A stretch of 64,000 nucleotides of DNA from a virus (lineage: Duplodnaviria > Caudoviricetes). Location of the stretch: positions 1 to 64,000 of the IMG/VR virus record IMGVR_UViG_3300021426_000070. One strand, 5' to 3'. The notes beneath the pieces are model-generated. The model worked only from the letters and a program-made list of their open reading frames with translations, did no database searches and was not told the DNA's origin. Below are positions 31,658 through 42,923 of the stretch, in pieces (the stretch's first letter is position 1; each line of letters opens with the position of its first letter). A program made the position numbers and the translations under genes.

Positions 31658-33391
31658 TTATTAGCAGAAAAATCGGGCATAGCCGCAAACGCAACCATAC
31701 CCGACCAAAAAGAAAAACTGACTATGAAACTATTCATTAATTCTTGCAAAGACTTCTTCCGTTGTCTTTACGGTGTCCTCTATGAGCTTATCCACGGCTG
31801 CAGTACCACGCCCCTCAGCAAGAGTCTTGAAAACGCCTAACGAGAAATCAGACTTTATCCTTAACTCTTCTATCGTGTTTTTTCGATTCTCTTGTGAGGT
31901 GGTCAACGCTTGACTCACACGTTTGTCTGTGTACTTCTGTATTTCAGCGATAAGAGAAAGGATTTTTTCCTCCGACACCTCATCAGACATAGCCAAAAGC
32001 ACCTCTCTCATGTTTTCATCAGAAGAGATACCACACTTGTCACACGTAGCATTAATCGCAATTTCTATATTTTCCATATCACAACATAATTACAATATTA
32101 TTCTTTTTAATCCACTCTCTAAAGGTCAAAGGGATTGACCCCCATTTTTCAACGTCTTGCGAGTATTTGGCATACGCCCTTGCAGCCTCTTGTTCGGTCA
32201 TCATACGGACATCTGCCGTACGACACCTAGACAAGAGACACAAGCCTATGAGGAACACCGCAAACGCAAAGAAAATAGCAACGGCAACCATATCACTCGA
32301 ATTTGAAAATGCCGTTGTAATTCTTGAAGAGCTCGATAATCTCTTCATCGGATAGAGACTCGTAGTTTTCCCATTTCTCCCAATCCTCTTCATCGTACTC
32401 ACTGTCGCAACCTAGCGACCAACCAAAGGATGCTAGCTTTCGTAATTCGTCTGCTGTAGGGCAGTTCTTCAGTTCGATACCATGCTCATCATGCTCTGCC
32501 CACATTTCCAACACTTCCTTGTCCTCGCCGCCATTACACTTTGCGACAATCTTAATACTCTCAATTAATTCTTTGTACTTCATATTCAACTCTTTTACTC
32601 AAAATCACAAACGAAGCTAATAGTCTGTTTTGTAGGTTCAAAGCCCGCCCTCACAAGCTCTGTCATAAGACCATTGTCAACCTTAAAAGACTGAACATCA
32701 AACACAGCATCTGAGATATGCTCTTCTAATACCATTGGTGGCACGGAATACAGCACCTCCATACAATAGTCTTCAACGCCGTAATTTTTGCTCAATATCT
32801 TTCTCGAGATATATGATGTAAACTCTATCAACTTTATGCTGACATAGAAAACTTCATTGCATACGCTAACAGACTTCCAATCAAACGCTTCTTTAAGACT
32901 AAGCGGATAATCTTTCATGTTAAATATCTTCGGCTTGTTTGTCGTGAATATAAACAACTTCTCTGGCGGGATATCACCAATATTATCTCGATAGCTTTTC
33001 AGACTTCTAATAAGCCCGTCTATATTGCCTTCGTCACGATTGATTTTAAGCAAATAGTTCTTTATGCACTCAGCCTTTTTAATAATCTTATCTATTCTTT
33101 TTTCCATAACTTATAATCCCTATTAAATCGTTTTTTCTCTTCTTCTTCTTTGATGAAATCTCGTGATGGAGTGTCGGCAACCTTGTTACTAACAACAGAA
33201 TTACACCCGCAGCCGCTTGAATGCCTCACCTCTCTGTACGGTCTACCATGAATAGCTGCACTGAGGTTTTGGTAATCAATCTCACCATGCTCAGACCAAT
33301 TATCAAAAAATTGGCACATACCTCCTTTTCTTCTGTACTTCTTTTCCATAATGCTAATCTTTTATTTTTCTTAATCTGTTTCATTCATAAC

Positions 33392-34810
33392 CTATAATCC
33401 TTTTATTTGGTCAAGTAATCCGCTTATTTCCTCTTTGTGCTTATTGTATGGTATATGATTTAATACCCATCTTAAAGCCACTATCTGCTCATTACTCGGA
33501 CTCCAAGTTGACTGAGGTCTGAGGGATTTGAGTTTATTTTTGAGCCATTTGATTTCATCTTCTATCCTGTCAGGTATATACTCATTCCAAGGATTCACGA
33601 GGTCTTTAATAATATCGCTAAGTATCTTTTCATCCTCTTCACTCCACTCATTTGTGGTTGTGCAATTTGCTTTACAGCCAACTCTGTTTTTGATGGATTT
33701 GAGCCAATCCTCTGCCCCTTCATAATATATTGCGTTTTTAACAAGTATCTTTATTGCATCATCTGTCATTAATGCTTCAAGAATAACTTTCTTTATTTTC
33801 TCGTCCTCTTCACTCCAAGGCTTCTGCTCAATCTTCTCCAATTTCTTCTCGTATGGATTCCATCTGTAGCCCGCTTCCATAATTGCCTTTTCAAGTCGTT
33901 CACGCTGTTCTTTGGTTGATGGCTTTATGTCTTGCATCCAAGTCCATTCACCATGTTCCCCATCTGACTCAATTTTGAAACCATCATCGACACTTATACC
34001 ACAATAAGCATAACTATATCCATTTGCATCTATCTTCTTGAAAATAAATGGCAAATCACCATCAGCAAGCACATCACCATCTTTTGCATCAGCAAGAGTC
34101 CACAAACGATAATTATCATCTATATGTTCTATGCAAAGTGTTCCAATGGTATCTTCGTCAAATTTAAGTCTATAATTGTCTTCTAATATATCAATAACCC
34201 TAACTACATTACCATCTTCAACGTTTACAAGCCAATTGTCTTTGTGAAACTTTGGCTTAACCTCAGCAGGCTTATGCTCACCTTGATTTTCAAGTAACAC
34301 AAAACAATCCGAACATATGTTTATTAGTTCTGCAACAAAGTTATCATCAACATAATAAAAATCACCATCACGGAAACAAGTATATTTCGGTGAAGCAATA
34401 CATTTATATGTTTCACCAATCTTAACAGAATTTTTGCTTTGCTTTTCGGTACTAACATGCTGTATAAGCTCTCTGTTGAAGCTTATATCAACGCCATTAT
34501 CTCTTGCGCACATACCCCATACATTGCCGTTATATGTAAAGCTCACACCACTATATGGATTACCGCTCTGCTCTTCAAGCCATGCGTAAATATCTTCTTT
34601 CCTTTTTTGTGTAAAGTCTTTATGAAGTTCTACTGCTTCTACAATATCTTTCTTTATCCTATCGTCATCAGACTCGGCAAGTTCGTGGAATAAGTTTCGG
34701 ATATAAAACTTGTCGTTTTCACTTATAGACGAATCACCAAGTATGTGTTTAGCATCGCTTAGTTTTTTGTCATAGGCTTTTGCCTTTTCATCAATCGTAA
34801 GTTCTCTCAT
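33392..34810 (-). CDS. Modular WSEEDE-repeat hypothetical protein
   Basis: Repeated KQ/GE.KP and WSEEDEK modules shared with genes in 57246-60084. Confidence 0.6.
   Translation of the reverse strand: MRELTIDEKAKAYDKKLSDAKHILGDSSISENDKFYIRNLFHELAESDDDRIKKDIVEAVELHKDFTQKRKEDIYAWLEEQSGNPYSGVSFTYNGNVWGMCARDNGVDISFNRELIQHVSTEKQSKNSVKIGETYKCIASPKYTCFRDGDFYYVDDNFVAELINICSDCFVLLENQGEHKPAEVKPKFHKDNWLVNVEDGNVVRVIDILEDNYRLKFDEDTIGTLCIEHIDDNYRLWTLADAKDGDVLADGDLPFIFKKIDANGYSYAYCGISVDDGFKIESDGEHGEWTWMQDIKPSTKEQRERLEKAIMEAGYRWNPYEKKLEKIEQKPWSEEDEKIKKVILEALMTDDAIKILVKNAIYYEGAEDWLKSIKNRVGCKANCTTTNEWSEEDEKILSDIIKDLVNPWNEYIPDRIEDEIKWLKNKLKSLRPQSTWSPSNEQIVALRWVLNHIPYNKHKEEISGLLDQIKGL
33512..33646. repeat. 135-bp near-identical direct repeat, copy 1 (copy 2 at 58428-58562)
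   Basis: Both copies encode WSEEDEK.LSDIIKDLVNPWNEYIPDRIEDEIKWLKNKLKSLRPQ. Confidence 0.9.
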
Positions 34811-36009
34811 CGTGTTTCTTCGTCTATTATTGAATTGTTTTTGAGGAAAGGACAATCATCCAAAACCCCATTTTCGTTTCTAAAATCTTTATCACCACTA
34901 TTCAGATAGCAATGAATATATCTTCCAAGCATTTCACATCTATCGTGGTCGCAGTCATCATCATCCCCATGGAAACAATTGTGGGGACAGCCATAGCAAT
35001 TAGTGAAATGTACTATTGTAGTATAAGTAAATCTTTTATCATCCATAATCACAACATCTTAAGTTTTTCTATTTCCTTTTCAGCCTCAATAGCTTTCTCT
35101 TTATGATAAGCAAGTTCTTTCTCTTTTTCTTTGATTTGAATTTCTTTCACTTTTCCGTTCCACATCAACCACTTTGCTTTGACTGTATCTCTGAAAGTAG
35201 CAAGATTTGCATATCTCTGAATGCTTTCAATATCTTTTGGATGCTCATCAAATATTATCCTAACCATAGGAGAAACAGCTAAGTAATCAATACTCAGATG
35301 CACCATATCTTCATACTCTTGTGGGTATGCTTTGATAAAGTCCTGAACTTCCTTGTTTTCTATCCAATAAAACAGCCAATGTTTAGTGTCTGTTATATAT
35401 TTGTGTATATCAGAATTTAACTCTGAAACCCTTTTAATTAACTCTGTTACTTCCATAATCACAACCAATAAAAAGAATTACCATTAGCATCTACTTTTAG
35501 CAAATGAAGCACTTTTCTATTAACCCATACAAGGGCTGTGAATATATATCTTTTCATAATAACTTATTTTTTAATAAATTCTCTCATCTTATCTAGCACT
35601 GATAATTTGTAATTGTCACCAACGGTATGTTCATATACCCATTTAAGGGCATCATAATATCCACTATCATATTCATTCATAATCACTTTTTCTTTATAAG
35701 GTTCTTTATTTCCTCTAAATCTCTCCTAAGCAAAACCCCTACATAAAGGAATAGTGCTACTGCGCCAACTAACACGAATATAATCAAATATCCCATTTCC
35801 ATAACTTCATCCATCTATTATCATTTTTATTGGGTAAGACAAAAAAGTAGCCACTATCTGACCTATTGCGGCAATCCCCGTGTACTCAAGACATTCGGAC
35901 AGATTATTGTCCTTATCAGTCCATATGGAGGCATAGAAAAACGCTGCCACGATAAACCATATGGTTATTATCGTAATCGAACCTTTCTTCATAATCTCAT
36001 TGTTATTTG

Positions 36010-36471
36010 TTATATTGCATGTGGTAGTATATCTCCATTCTCATAGTAACGGTTGCCTTTCACCTTACTTTCTTCGCCCTCGTCTTTCCGATTTGCTTTT
36101 TGGCGATGCTCTTCAACATCGTGTATCATCTTAAGCATTACCACACAAGCATCTATCGGGCTAGCAAAACCGCTTTTTATCATTGGCATGTGACTTGATG
36201 GAGAAAGACAACTGATAGTCCACCCATCGAAATCACGAAACAGCGTTGGCTTGTTCAACTGCTCGAGCAACGCAACCAATGACCAACAGGGACACCAATA
36301 AGTTTTAATAGCATCTTTATTAGGTGTGCCAACTTTAGGTGTGTTTCTTATTTCTTTAGAAACGTCACCTCTCCATGCTAACCAATAGTACATATCCGCA
36401 CTTTCAATGGGTAGCATCTTACTCAAAGCCTTACTTTGGGACAAGTCTGTGTATGCTTTAATTGTCGTCAT
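36010..36471 (-). CDS. Hypothetical protein (paralogue of 37754-38149)
   Basis: Shared YT...QS..L...LP..SAD, PCWSL.AL and PIDACV.M. Confidence 0.55.
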   Translation of the reverse strand: MTTIKAYTDLSQSKALSKMLPIESADMYYWLAWRGDVSKEIRNTPKVGTPNKDAIKTYWCPCWSLVALLEQLNKPTLFRDFDGWTISCLSPSSHMPMIKSGFASPIDACVVMLKMIHDVEEHRQKANRKDEGEESKVKGNRYYENGDILPHAI

Positions 36472-38442
36472 AACTACTCATTTTAATTACAGGTTCAATA
36501 TCATAATTTTCACTAACAAATATTTCAGCACTGTATTCAAGATATCGGCACTGAGTTTTAAATGTTTTTATTTTTTCTTCTATAGTTCTTTTATTTGTTG
36601 CCATAGTTATTTCTTTAATCGTTTTTTAATAACATTAATAAAAATTGAGCCGATGAATATATTGTAAACCATTCCAATCGGCTTGTTATATTTCATAACC
36701 TTGAAGAATGGTTTCCAAACATAATCAAGTATCGTAAAATTCACTATAAACCTTTTAAACTCCATTGGTTTTTCTCAGATTAAATTTTCCAAACAGTATC
36801 TAATAGCAGCGTTACAAGCAAATTCATACTTGTCATAAAGTGGCAGCATTTCTTTTACATATACCCATTCTGAACCCCTAAGTTGCCATGGAGTAAAGGA
36901 ATACTTATCTTTTTGGGGATTGACAGATATAACAATATTGTACTTTTTCCTCAGCCACTTGCAAGCAAGCTGATGAGTTATTGCCCACACACATTCATAA
37001 TCATCTTCTGATTTATGAATACCATTAAGGTTGCAACAAAGAATAGGTTCACTATCCTTATATCGTCTAATATATCCCACCACAAATTTATGTGGGTACA
37101 AGAAAGTTTCGACCTCTTTATAATCAAACCCTTTCTCTTTCAATAGCTTTGCGACCTCGAACGAAATATAATCCTCAGTTATTGTTGCCATAGTTCTTTC
37201 TTTAATTGTTCAATAACGCTTTCTAAATATCCGTTTGCACGTGCATTCATACTAGTTAAGAACAGTTTCTGAAACTCTTCAATCTGCTCAAGCACATAGT
37301 TTGCACCATCTTCAATACCTTGGGAATAAGCAATGCTTTCTTCTCTCGAGAGTTCTACTCTTTTTTCGACCAACTCTTCTGCCTTTTCTTTGATACTCAT
37401 CATACCTTTTCTACTGATAAAGCGAATATTTTATAAAATCTGTCGTAGGGGAAGTCTTTAATCTCGACCTCCTTAACATTATCACTGCGCCCGTATAGGT
37501 TGCCGTTTACAAGCAGCTCAAGCCAATAGTGTTCACCTTTCTTGAACACCCCGAAATCTTTCTTGCAAATCAGCCAATGCGTCAATGCTGTTCTTAACTC
37601 TTTTTCACCCATAGCCTTATTTGTTATATTCTTTAAGTAGATAGCAAACTTGCTCGCAGAAATCAACACCGTCCATTTCACGATTATCTATCGCTTTTTG
37701 TATTTCTTTCAATACATTGTTCGCCTTTTCGTATTTCTTCTTATAATCCATGGTCACAACATTTTTGTTTCATGTAACTTCTCAATCATAGCCACACAAG
37801 CATCAATTGGGTTGCTTGCTGTGTCTCCTATGTGGCAGAAAGTACAATTCTCATTATAAGTGTCGCATCGCCAACCATTATAAGTTTTATGCAATGAAGG
37901 GTTTGGCAGAACACTAATCAACGCTGCAAGCGACCAACAAGGAAGATATATTGCATCTGTTTCTTTATAACTTTCAGCAACAATCTCACTATATCCAAAA
38001 GATGGAGATTTCAACGCATCAGGGTCATCCTTCCAAAAGAACCATTTCGAATCCGCACTATTATACGGTAGTATCTCAGCAAGCTTACGGCTTTGCTCAA
38101 TAGTTGTGTATGTTCTAATTAATGCCATAGTCGTTTTACTTAAAATCAAAACTCACCTTCTTGCGCTTTCTTTGCCGTAATCTCTATGACACGCCAAAAG
38201 AAATCATGGAACGTATATACCTCTTTCTCAGCCTCAGACCATATCTTCGGCTCATCGGCAATATACGATAGCATAGCCACCTTCGACTTGTCAATGCTAT
38301 TGTAGCTGCTGTCCTCATTCCAAAGGATAGCGTCCTTGTCAACGCCAACGAACACATAGTAGTCTTTCGTCAACGCATAAAAAGCTATTTTCAGCCTTTC
38401 GATAAATGATGTTCTCTGTTTCATAATCATAATCAATTTTAG

Positions 38443-38516
<74 letters not shown>

Positions 38517-38569
38517 GTTGCCAACCGCCGTTGGCTTTGTTTAACCAAAAAAATCTCGCAAAATAACAG

Positions 38570-38643
38570 TGATTCCGATGGGGCTCGAACCCATGACCTA
38601 TTGTTTAGGAAACAATTGCTCTATCCTACTGAGCTACAGAACC
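38570..38643 (-). tRNA. tRNA-Arg(CCT)
   Basis: Cloverleaf: GGTTCTG/CGGAATC acceptor, ATTGT-TTCCTAA-ACAAT anticodon arm, GGTTCGAGCCC. Confidence 0.95.
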
Positions 38644-38740
38644 AAGTGCCCACCACCGTGGGCAGAAAAAAATAACCAAAAATAAATAATTAAAAACCAA
38701 ATTACTAAATAGATACCTCACTATCTCAGTGATTTATGAA

Positions 38741-38863
38741 AGAGCCGTCACCCGTTTTATATCGCATATAAGACTACCACGAGGTACTTTCGGGGCGGGA
38801 ATTTGCCCCTATCCTTAAAGCCTCCCAAGGGCAAGTTTACGCTCATGCCTAACTAACGGCTCA
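38741..38863 (-). ncRNA. Candidate ~123-nt structured RNA
   Basis: Terminal pairing GAGCCGT/ACGGCTC; ORF-free; lies between the large RNA and the tRNAs. Confidence 0.4.
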
Positions 38864-38870
38864 TATATAA

Positions 38871-39194
38871 AAGCGGCACTGCACAGACTTGTGAATAAGG
38901 CGAAACGGCTCTTGCAAGTTATCTTCGAGTACCATTCAGTTTACCTTTATGGCGTATTACCAAATGACCTTCTCATTGGAGCTTTAAGCCCAACTACCTA
39001 CATTCTACCTTTATTCGCACTCTCAGACAACCGTCACGCCAAAAGCCCCCTATCATAGAGCAACCCACATAACGGGCGCAACTATCGCTACCGTAAATAC
39101 CATCACCTTGTATCGTCTCAGCGAGCCTAGCCCAATTTGGCACACTGCACACGGATATAGAAGGGCTGCACGGAAATCTGTACTAGTGCCGCTT
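38871..39194 (-). ncRNA. Candidate ~324-nt structured RNA of unknown class
   Basis: About 20-bp closing helix (AAGCGGCACT/AGTGCCGCTT plus GTACAGATTT/AAGTCTGTGC); no ORF; boxA-like GTTCTTTGAAA just upstream. Confidence 0.6.
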
Positions 39195-39899
39195 GTGTCA
39201 ATCTTTCAAAGAACGCTTTTTCTTCTTCTTACCTACGACCTCTGTCCGATACCCCTTTATGTGCCCGTCTCTGTCGTACACGGGGTGCTCGATGAACTCG
39301 TTGTAACTATCAATACCATTCGCATCAACCATACTAGGCTCATGAAACGCATCTGCCGTTTCTACCATCGGGTCGTTGTCGCTCAAGTGCATATCGTCAT
39401 CGTGCCATGATGGAGGCAGCAATGTTTTATTGATACGCTTGTTTGTCGTTTGGGTAAATGTATCTCGTCTCATAGCCCATTCTTGAGTCTTTTTAATTCT
39501 TTCTCTAACTCAGCAATCTTTGCCTTTCTCTTATCAGCCTCTTCTATCTCGTCTTCTAAGATACTCACCTCTTCGTTTGCCATACGCCAGAAACGCCCAA
39601 GCATCTCACCGTACGTCTCATCTTCATCTTTCTCAGCATAAAAGCCGTTATCCTCATAGCCGTGCCATTTCTGCACCAACCGAGTGTAACCTTGCTTCTT
39701 CAACTCACCAAGGAACTTAACCATCCTATCAATGTCACCAAAGAACTGTTCTTCGTCAATTTCTTTGCTGTGTACGGTCTTCTCTCTTACGAACGCAAAT
39801 GGGTTTCTCTTCTCTAAACGCTCAATAGCCATTTCAGCTAGCTCTTGCTCACTGCTGAAATAATCCTCTAAGAGCTTTTTTCTTATCTTCTTATCCATA

Positions 39900-40172
39900 T
39901 CACTTTACCATTTGAGTGTCACAAACCAATACATCACCGACAATAAAGTCAGCCCAACCGCATTTCTGCACCTCTTCGGTTGCCTTAGAGTTGTAATCCA
40001 AGCCATCAAGCTTACCCTCTTCGTTAATAACCATAATCTCGTTATCTTGCAAAGGCAGTATCTCAATGTAACCGCCGACTATCTCTTGCAACTCTTCAAG
40101 ACTGAAGTCCGTGCCGTTCTTTGGCGTAACCTCAATGACCTCGTTGTTAGTCTTGATAATTCTAGATGTCAT
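39900..40172 (-). CDS. DUF3846-like protein
   Basis: LEELQEIVGGYIE...INEEGKL..L..N..AT...IVGDV. Confidence 0.75.
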   Translation of the reverse strand: MTSRIIKTNNEVIEVTPKNGTDFSLEELQEIVGGYIEILPLQDNEIMVINEEGKLDGLDYNSKATEEVQKCGWADFIVGDVLVCDTQMVK

Positions 40173-40400
40173 ATATCTTACAGTTTTCTAACGTGTGCCT
40201 CACGCTCTATATTGTTTGTACTATTCTCTTTTAGGAAACTGCCTATATCTTCACAGACGTTGGCAGCTTTGAAAAACACATGACTAAAATCTAAAAACCT
40301 AAAACCTCACTCATATTTTTATACTGCAAAGATAAACATTTCTTTTTTAACAAACAAGAAAAATCGAAACTTTCTTGCAGATTTTAACTTTGTTTAAGGA

Positions 40401-40622
40401 TTAAAGGTAATATTCTGCAACGATAGTGCCTTTTTGTGTCACTTTCTTGCGTACCTTAATATCCATACCTCTTTCTCTCAAATCCCATATACGAGCTGAT
40501 AGCCTCGTACACGAAAACATCATGATAGCATCCCAACTTGTAATGGTGCGACCATCTTCTAACCACGCCTTAATCTTGTCGCATTGGCTTGCGCTCTCGG
40601 AAATATTCAAATTATTGTTCAT
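40401..40622 (-). CDS. Small winged-HTH protein
   Basis: GRTITSWDA...RLSARIWDLRERG. Confidence 0.65.
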   Translation of the reverse strand: MNNNLNISESASQCDKIKAWLEDGRTITSWDAIMMFSCTRLSARIWDLRERGMDIKVRKKVTQKGTIVAEYYL

Positions 40623-40948
40623 AGGTTCTTAATCATTACGTAAGTACATTTTTCTCTCGATAGGACTACAAAGCCCAAACGCTCGTACCATTCTTTCAGC
40701 CAACCCGAGGCGAACTCGACCTCTAGCTGCAAGAACTTCATGTTTCTCGCTAATGCCCTTTCTGCACAAGCCTCCAAAAGCCGTTTGCCTACGCCCTTAC
40801 GCCTATGCTCTTCTAGGACACTCAGACCTTTTATAAACCCCGTATTGGGCATATCATAATCGAATTGGATTTCGACCATGCCGACACCGCCATCAACGAT
40901 AATGTTTTCAGAGATGCCCCACCACCATTGATTTTTATGTACTATCAT
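40619..40948 (-). CDS. GNAT-family acetyltransferase
   Basis: LSVLEEHRRKGVGKRLL; WYERLGF. Confidence 0.85.
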   Translation of the reverse strand: MIVHKNQWWWGISENIIVDGGVGMVEIQFDYDMPNTGFIKGLSVLEEHRRKGVGKRLLEACAERALARNMKFLQLEVEFASGWLKEWYERLGFVVLSREKCTYVMIKNL

Positions 40949-41981
40949 ACTTCTACCTTTTCTATTTGTTTTATTGTCAACACAAACAAGCGTGCTGTTG
41001 CGTGCGCTGTACCATCTTTCTTCATTTTGGCTACAAGAGGGCGGAGTGTGTTGTATGTGAATTCATACCCTAAGACTATACCAATATCTTTTGTGCCGAC
41101 AACCCTTACCTTTGTGCCAGTTGGATATGGCGCATAGTTATTGATATATTCTCTTCTGAGTTTCATCAGCTCACCTTTCAGTGCCGATATTGATTTTCTC
41201 GTCTCAGAAATCCTCTGCAATATCTCTTGCTCAGTCATAACATTATCTAGTATAGGTTACTAACGGCTCTTCACTCACACAGATAGGTTGCAGCGGCTTA
41301 TTATAAGTAAGCACGCTAACCCAAATCTTACGCCTAAAAAGGAGCTTTAAGGCTTCTTTCCACGTCAGCCGCCAACACGAAACGACCTCACCATCCTCGA
41401 ACTTACACACGGGCAATGGAATTACACCATCTTGGTCTTTGCCGTAAACGGCATTACAACCACTGAACTCAATTGGCTTCATACTCTTACAAGTCTGTTG
41501 GTGGAACAATACGGAAATGCTTGAAGTCCTCTTTAGTGGCTTCTCTGTAATCAGCAGCGACTACTACCCTATCTATCAGCGTTGGGTCGCCGCCTTTCTC
41601 AACGTCAACAGCCATCACAACCATACCTACATAACCCGTTACCTTGTTAGGCTCATCAACCACATAGCCGAAAAGGTTCTCATTATCTACGATGTATCTC
41701 ATAGTCGCTTGCGTGATACTTAACCCGTCACAGCCTACGGAAAAAATTGGGGAAAGAAAGCGGCAGCTTATCGTCACTGTAGCTACCATCTTTCAAATCC
41801 CCATGTATATTTCTATAGACCGCCACAGTGACAAGACGGCTCACAAATACCTCTGCAAAGATAAGTAGAATAATTGGTTCTGCAAAATATTTTGTGGTTA
41901 TTTTATCATATTTTGCGTTTATTAACTTATAAACACAAAGACACATAATTAATAATAGCCGCTATTGCTAACGGCTATCAT

Positions 41982-42347
41982 TTATGATTTACCTTTTATC
42001 CAAGCATCAAGTCCTCTTGCGCCATAGTTCTTTTCTATACGCTCTTCCAATTCACTCTCGAGCTTGTTTCTACGCTCGTACAAGTCACTTCTGAGGTAGC
42101 CGACCTTAGCATGCTCTTTGTTGACCTTGTTTAGCCTATCGGCAATATCGTTGTACCCGAACGCCTTAGCCATGGTAACACTAGCACCGCCATGGTCATT
42201 GTTATCCGTCTGCCTTTGTGCTCTTGACACCGCACTTCTGAACTTGCGGCTATCCAAATCAACTGTCTGCCTAGGACGCTCGAGTCTCTCAGAGCCTCGT
42301 GAACTTTTTCGTTCACCGCCTCTTGTGATATCTACATACTCACCCAT
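41982..42347 (-). CDS. Basic hypothetical late protein
   Basis: ATG start; directly downstream of GTC-ORF A; followed by a hairpin at about 41955-41979. Confidence 0.6.
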   Translation of the reverse strand: MGEYVDITRGGERKSSRGSERLERPRQTVDLDSRKFRSAVSRAQRQTDNNDHGGASVTMAKAFGYNDIADRLNKVNKEHAKVGYLRSDLYERRNKLESELEERIEKNYGARGLDAWIKGKS

Positions 42348-42359
42348 AATTATCAGATA

Positions 42360-42689
42360 TTAACCATTTATACTACCCTTTGCAGCCGCTGCAGCTCTAT
42401 CTTCATTAGTTGCTCTCATGGCGTTTGTCATCAGAGTAGTAGCTAAAGTACCTTCTTGTGTTCTTGCACCACCAATAGTAAGGAAAGGTCTTGAACCTGC
42501 TATTTCTCTTGATGAAGTCCATCGTGAAGCTATCTCTCTAACTTGCTGTGCTCGTCTTATGTTACCAACAGCATTTGCTTGTCGGGCAAGGCGGCTTGCT
42601 GTCCTATTGATGTTCTCAGCAGTACGGAACGTGGTTCGCTTTAAACCATCACCACCGTAACTAATACGACCATTTCTATTTGTTCTGAC
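42360..42689 (-). CDS. GTC-initiated Arg-rich peptide A (109 aa, VRTNRNGR...AAKGSING)
   Basis: Open frame bounded by TGA immediately before GTC AGA; paralogue of peptide H (T[FY]RTAENI..TA.RL). Has its own promoter at 42724-42731. Confidence 0.7.
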   Translation of the reverse strand, partial: VRTNRNGRISYGGDGLKRTTFRTAENINRTASRLARQANAVGNIRRAQQVREIASRWTSSREIAGSRPFLTIGGARTQEGTLATTLMTNAMRATNEDRAAAAAKGSING

Positions 42690-42723
42690 TCAGCTAAATA
42701 TTTTGATTATTAATACTCTGCTG

Positions 42724-42795
42724 CAAAGATACAAATAAAAGAGATAGTACGAATACCACATCTATTATTACTTGTTACACTTTCAAAATAATACC
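42724..42795 (-). promoter_or_regulatory. Late-type promoter of peptide A
   Basis: TATCTTTG plus operator half-site GTTACACTTT at 42774. Confidence 0.65.
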
Positions 42796-42831
42796 CAAAA
42801 CAGCAAAGATACTGAAATATCAGCAGAAAAA

Positions 42832-42873
42832 CGTTACAACTTTTGAGGTAGGCGTTACAACTTGCGTTACAAA
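42832..42873. repeat. Triplet of CGTTACAACTT direct repeats
   Basis: Copies start at 42832, 42853 and 42865 (last one partial). Confidence 0.8.
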
Positions 42874-42923
42874 TAAAGGGCAGTAACATGTACCGCCCTT
42901 GTTTAGTGCCTTAATCAGTATTA

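Noticed and set aside
38871-39194. tmRNA or RNase P RNA
   Set aside because: No tRNA-like GGGG.../TTCGA...CCA ends and no GAGGAAAGTCC core.
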